A program made the translations under genes and the position numbers. From positions 2,418,001-2,482,000 of the forward strand of contig NEEC01000017.1 of the NCBI GenBank assembly GCA_002189035.1: a stretch of 64,000 nt of DNA. The letters run 5' to 3'. Position 1 is the stretch's first letter; each line of letters starts with the position of its first letter. Below the pieces are notes generated by a model, which was not told the DNA's origin, did not search any database, and saw only the letters and a list, made by a program, of their open reading frames with translations. Source of the DNA: Utricularia gibba. Its lineage: Eukaryota; Plantae; Magnoliophyta. Shown here one piece after another: positions 60,816 through 64,000 of this stretch.

Positions 60816-63072
60816 ATGGCTGGATTATGCAGAAATGTTGCCGCCATAGCTGCTGTTAATGGAACCGTCCAAACCAGGGGTATTCAGAGAGTTGAGCTAC
60901 CGGGAAGTGTGAAGACTTCAAGAGTCTTGATTCTGGGTGGCACAGGAAGAGTCGGCGGCTCCACCGCCGCCGCGCTTTCCAGATTTTGCCCCGATCTTCG
61001 CATCGTTATCGGGGGCGGAACAGGTGCAGCAACTTGTGTTATTCCTGCTGATGAGATATGGCTGTACTCCCCTTGAAATGACATGCAGACTGAACGCCGT
61101 AACATTTCTCTGGCAGGGCTAAAGGCGCTGAAATGGCGAGTAAACTGGGTGACAAGGGGGAGTTCGCATACGTAGACCTCAATGATCATGGATCACTCGA
61201 AGAAGTTTTGTCGGGTTTGTACAACATTGTTAAAGTCTTCATTTTTGCTGGAGCTCTAAGCGATTTTCACCATTGATGTCAATAGATGTGGATCTTGTTG
61301 TTCACACGGCGGGCCCATTTCAGACGACAGAGAACTGCACGGTTCTTGAAGCTGCTATCAAAACAAAGGTGAGATCAAGGCAATGATCTCGATTGAAGTA
61401 TTAGTGCTAACCACATGAGCATGGTCTTATTGACAGACCGCGTATCTTGATGTTTGTGATGATACAAGCTACTCATGGCGTGCAAAATCTTACCTGAACA
61501 GAGCCGTTGAAGCTAATGTTCCAGCCATTATAACCGGGGGAATATGCCCTGGGGTTAGCAATGGTTCTGTGCACTAATTTTGCAAAGCTATCATCTATTC
61601 AATATCACCATCCTCCTTTTCCTCCATTTCAAGCTCTCATTCTGCATGCTATTGCTTCTGCTGCTTTCTAAAGTTCCTGTCTGAACCAACACAGTCATGG
61701 CTGCTGAACTGGTTCGTGCTTCCAAGTGTCAGGGCAAAGGTGAACCAGAGAGTCTGAGGTAGGATTACTCATCCTGTTTCAAGTCGAACGAGCTAGCCGC
61801 TGAGCTGCATTGTTTGTTTCGTTTTTTAACAAGTGTCATGCCTTCTTATTCTAAGTTTCTACTACTACACTGCTGGAACTGGTGGAACTGGCCCAACCAT
61901 TTTATCAACAAGCATTTTACTTCTAGGGGAGGAGGTAGTTGCATATGACAAAGGTCTGGCAAACAGCCTATTTCCCTATTTAACTTTCGTCTTCTTCATT
62001 CTGATCGTGTAATGAAAGCATCCCAGGTGGAGAAATCAAACTGAAGCCCTTCAGTGGAATGGTTGGTGTTGATTTTGGACGAGGAATCGGGAGAAAAAGT
62101 GTGTACCTGCTGTAAGTGCCGTCCAAGTTAACAATGAAAAACTAGGAATTCCCCTGCTGTATGGTCTGAACAGTGAGCCTGTCAGGAACTTGCCCGAGGT
62201 TAGAAGCGTCCATGAGATTCTTAGAGTGCCGACAGTGAGTGCCCGCTTCGGAAGTGATCCCTTCTTCTGGAATTGGGGGATGCAAACCCTCCCATACCTG
62301 CTCCCACCGGTATGTTAAAGTGTCTCCTGCTTGCATGTTTCACATCTGCGGTGCTTGATATCGCCCCCGCCCTCTAAGACCGCATGGGACATGCAGGATG
62401 TCTTGAGAGATCGAAGTGTGGTAGAAAAACTGGTCCATCTCTTGAACCCTTTAGTCAGGGCTGTGGATGGAATCGCAGGAGAGAAGTTCTCCATGAGGGT
62501 ATGCTCTGCGCCAACCATTTTATGCATCTGCTAAGTGTGACAGCGATCTCCATTTTATGGTCGAAAAGGTTGATCTGGGGAGCTCAGACGGTCACACAAG
62601 AATCGGTATATTCAGCCACAATAGACTATCCGAGTAAGAAGCACTTACTGACTTGTGCCTAATGCCTGCAAGCATATCCAATATCCACTTCATTTTCCTT
62701 GCGTTCAGATCAATGGGGATTGCAACAGCAGCATTTGGTTTGTCCATCCTGGAAGGACACACACAGCCCGGTGTCTGGTTCCCCGAAGAGGTAGAGCTGA
62801 TCAACATCACTGTTTTTTCCGTTTCTTTTCCTTAGCCTCATTGTGTGACTGCAGCCGGAAGGCATCGCGGTGGACGCGAGAGAAGCTCTCCTGTCTCGTG
62901 CCTCAACTGGGACCATCAACTTTGCCATGAACAACAAGTAGCTCGCTCCATCAGCTTGGATCACCACCGCATGCATCTTCTTATATTCATTCATTGGACG
63001 AGGATCATCTGTCAGGAAGCTGTTGGCCCTGTTTTCGATTTCAGTGTTCCTGGGGGACTCCTCCTGCAATAA
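60816..63072 (+). CDS. Saccharopine dehydrogenase-like oxidoreductase (plastid-type)
   Basis: About 13 exons. Rossmann motif VLILGGTGRVGG, then VVHTAGPF, AYLDVCDD, NLPEV, PGVWFPEE. Needs +1 nt in the G5 run at 61011-61015 (GGRNR). The frame of the last exon is uncertain. Confidence 0.85.
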
Positions 63073-64000
63073 TCAATCAATCAATCAATCAAATCATTTG
63101 GTTAGTGATGAGGGCTCCATCCATCCATCCAATCAATTACCAAATTGATTATTTACTGTTAAACGTGGCTTAATTAAAATCGACAAGGAAGTGGACGTGG
63201 GCTGTGCCATCAACAACACCAGCTCTTAAATGTTGTTATTGCAATTGTTGGACTATTTCCAAGCACGTGTCATTCCATTTGAAAGAGAAAATAAAAGAAA
63301 GACAGGACTCTGGCCAACTGTATGGTAATAATAGATTCTAAGTAGAAGTTTAGGGGCAGGGCCCGGACCACTCTGGTTTACCAGAAGAAGGGAGTCGTGT
63401 GAAAGTAAAGGAGGAAGCACAAAGGGCCTACCCACGCCCAAGGTGTCAGCACCCATGTGACTGACTCACTAGGGCCACGCCAAGAAAAGGAGGGAGGGAG
63501 GGGAGGGCTCTTGGTGAAAACATGGATCTACATGCTGATTCAAAAGAAACAATTCACCTTGTGTCAGAGCCCCATGTGGAGAAATCGCAAGAAATTGTGT
63601 GTGGCCCCTCACTGGTAGGCAATAAAGAAGGCCATGAAATGGGAGAAAGGACGGACAGCCCCAAAGCAGACTTTAGTCAGTGCTGCGCTTTCGATTACTT
63701 CAATGAACCAAGAGTCTTTTATTGCAAAGTGTCTGCTTTGGCTCTGCCACCATGTGTTTAATCAACACTGATAATGTTCTATGATCATCAGGGGTGTCAC
63801 TGGCACCCCCCTTTTTCACGTAAGTACATTCTTCTGTTGTATTTAAGTTTGTCCTAACATAAACTACATACAGCAAGGCCGGTCGGAAAATGAACAGTGA
63901 GCCACCCCACTGCCTTGGATGATGTTGTCAGTAGTCTATTTCTGAAGTATTTCAAGTAGAATATGGAACTGGAGATGATAGGCTGGGATTTTCCTTTCCT

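Overview
Gene-dense plant (eudicot) nuclear DNA with about 23 intron-containing or single-exon protein genes in 64 kb. Most introns are about 70-120 nt and spacers are short, which suggests a very compact genome; Lentibulariaceae such as Utricularia/Genlisea would fit, but that is inference only. Gene order: RPP1, HP30/TRIC, DUF620, Josephin-like, bHLH90/AMS-like, an uncharacterized organellar protein, PRDA1, THO7, a UBA protein, cystatin, BAHD acyltransferase, GPI-anchored LTP, PYD2, STR12, an RBP47B' relic, ALDH3F, CPK7/8, a coiled-coil protein, four tandem ABCG12/15-type half-transporters, and a saccharopine-dehydrogenase-like gene. The main highlight is the ABCG array. It has one canonical copy and three intact derived copies that share a GC-AG intron and a rewritten TM2 motif. 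One derived copy has lost the H-loop His and carries a TSD-flanked hAT element in its promoter. Other lipid-barrier gene classes (BAHD, LTPG, ALDH3F) lie nearby. Six otherwise intact genes each need +1 nt, traceable to or near short homopolymer runs, which is probably assembly error rather than pseudogenisation. All gene names come from recognising motifs by eye and from recalled Arabidopsis homologues; no database search was run.
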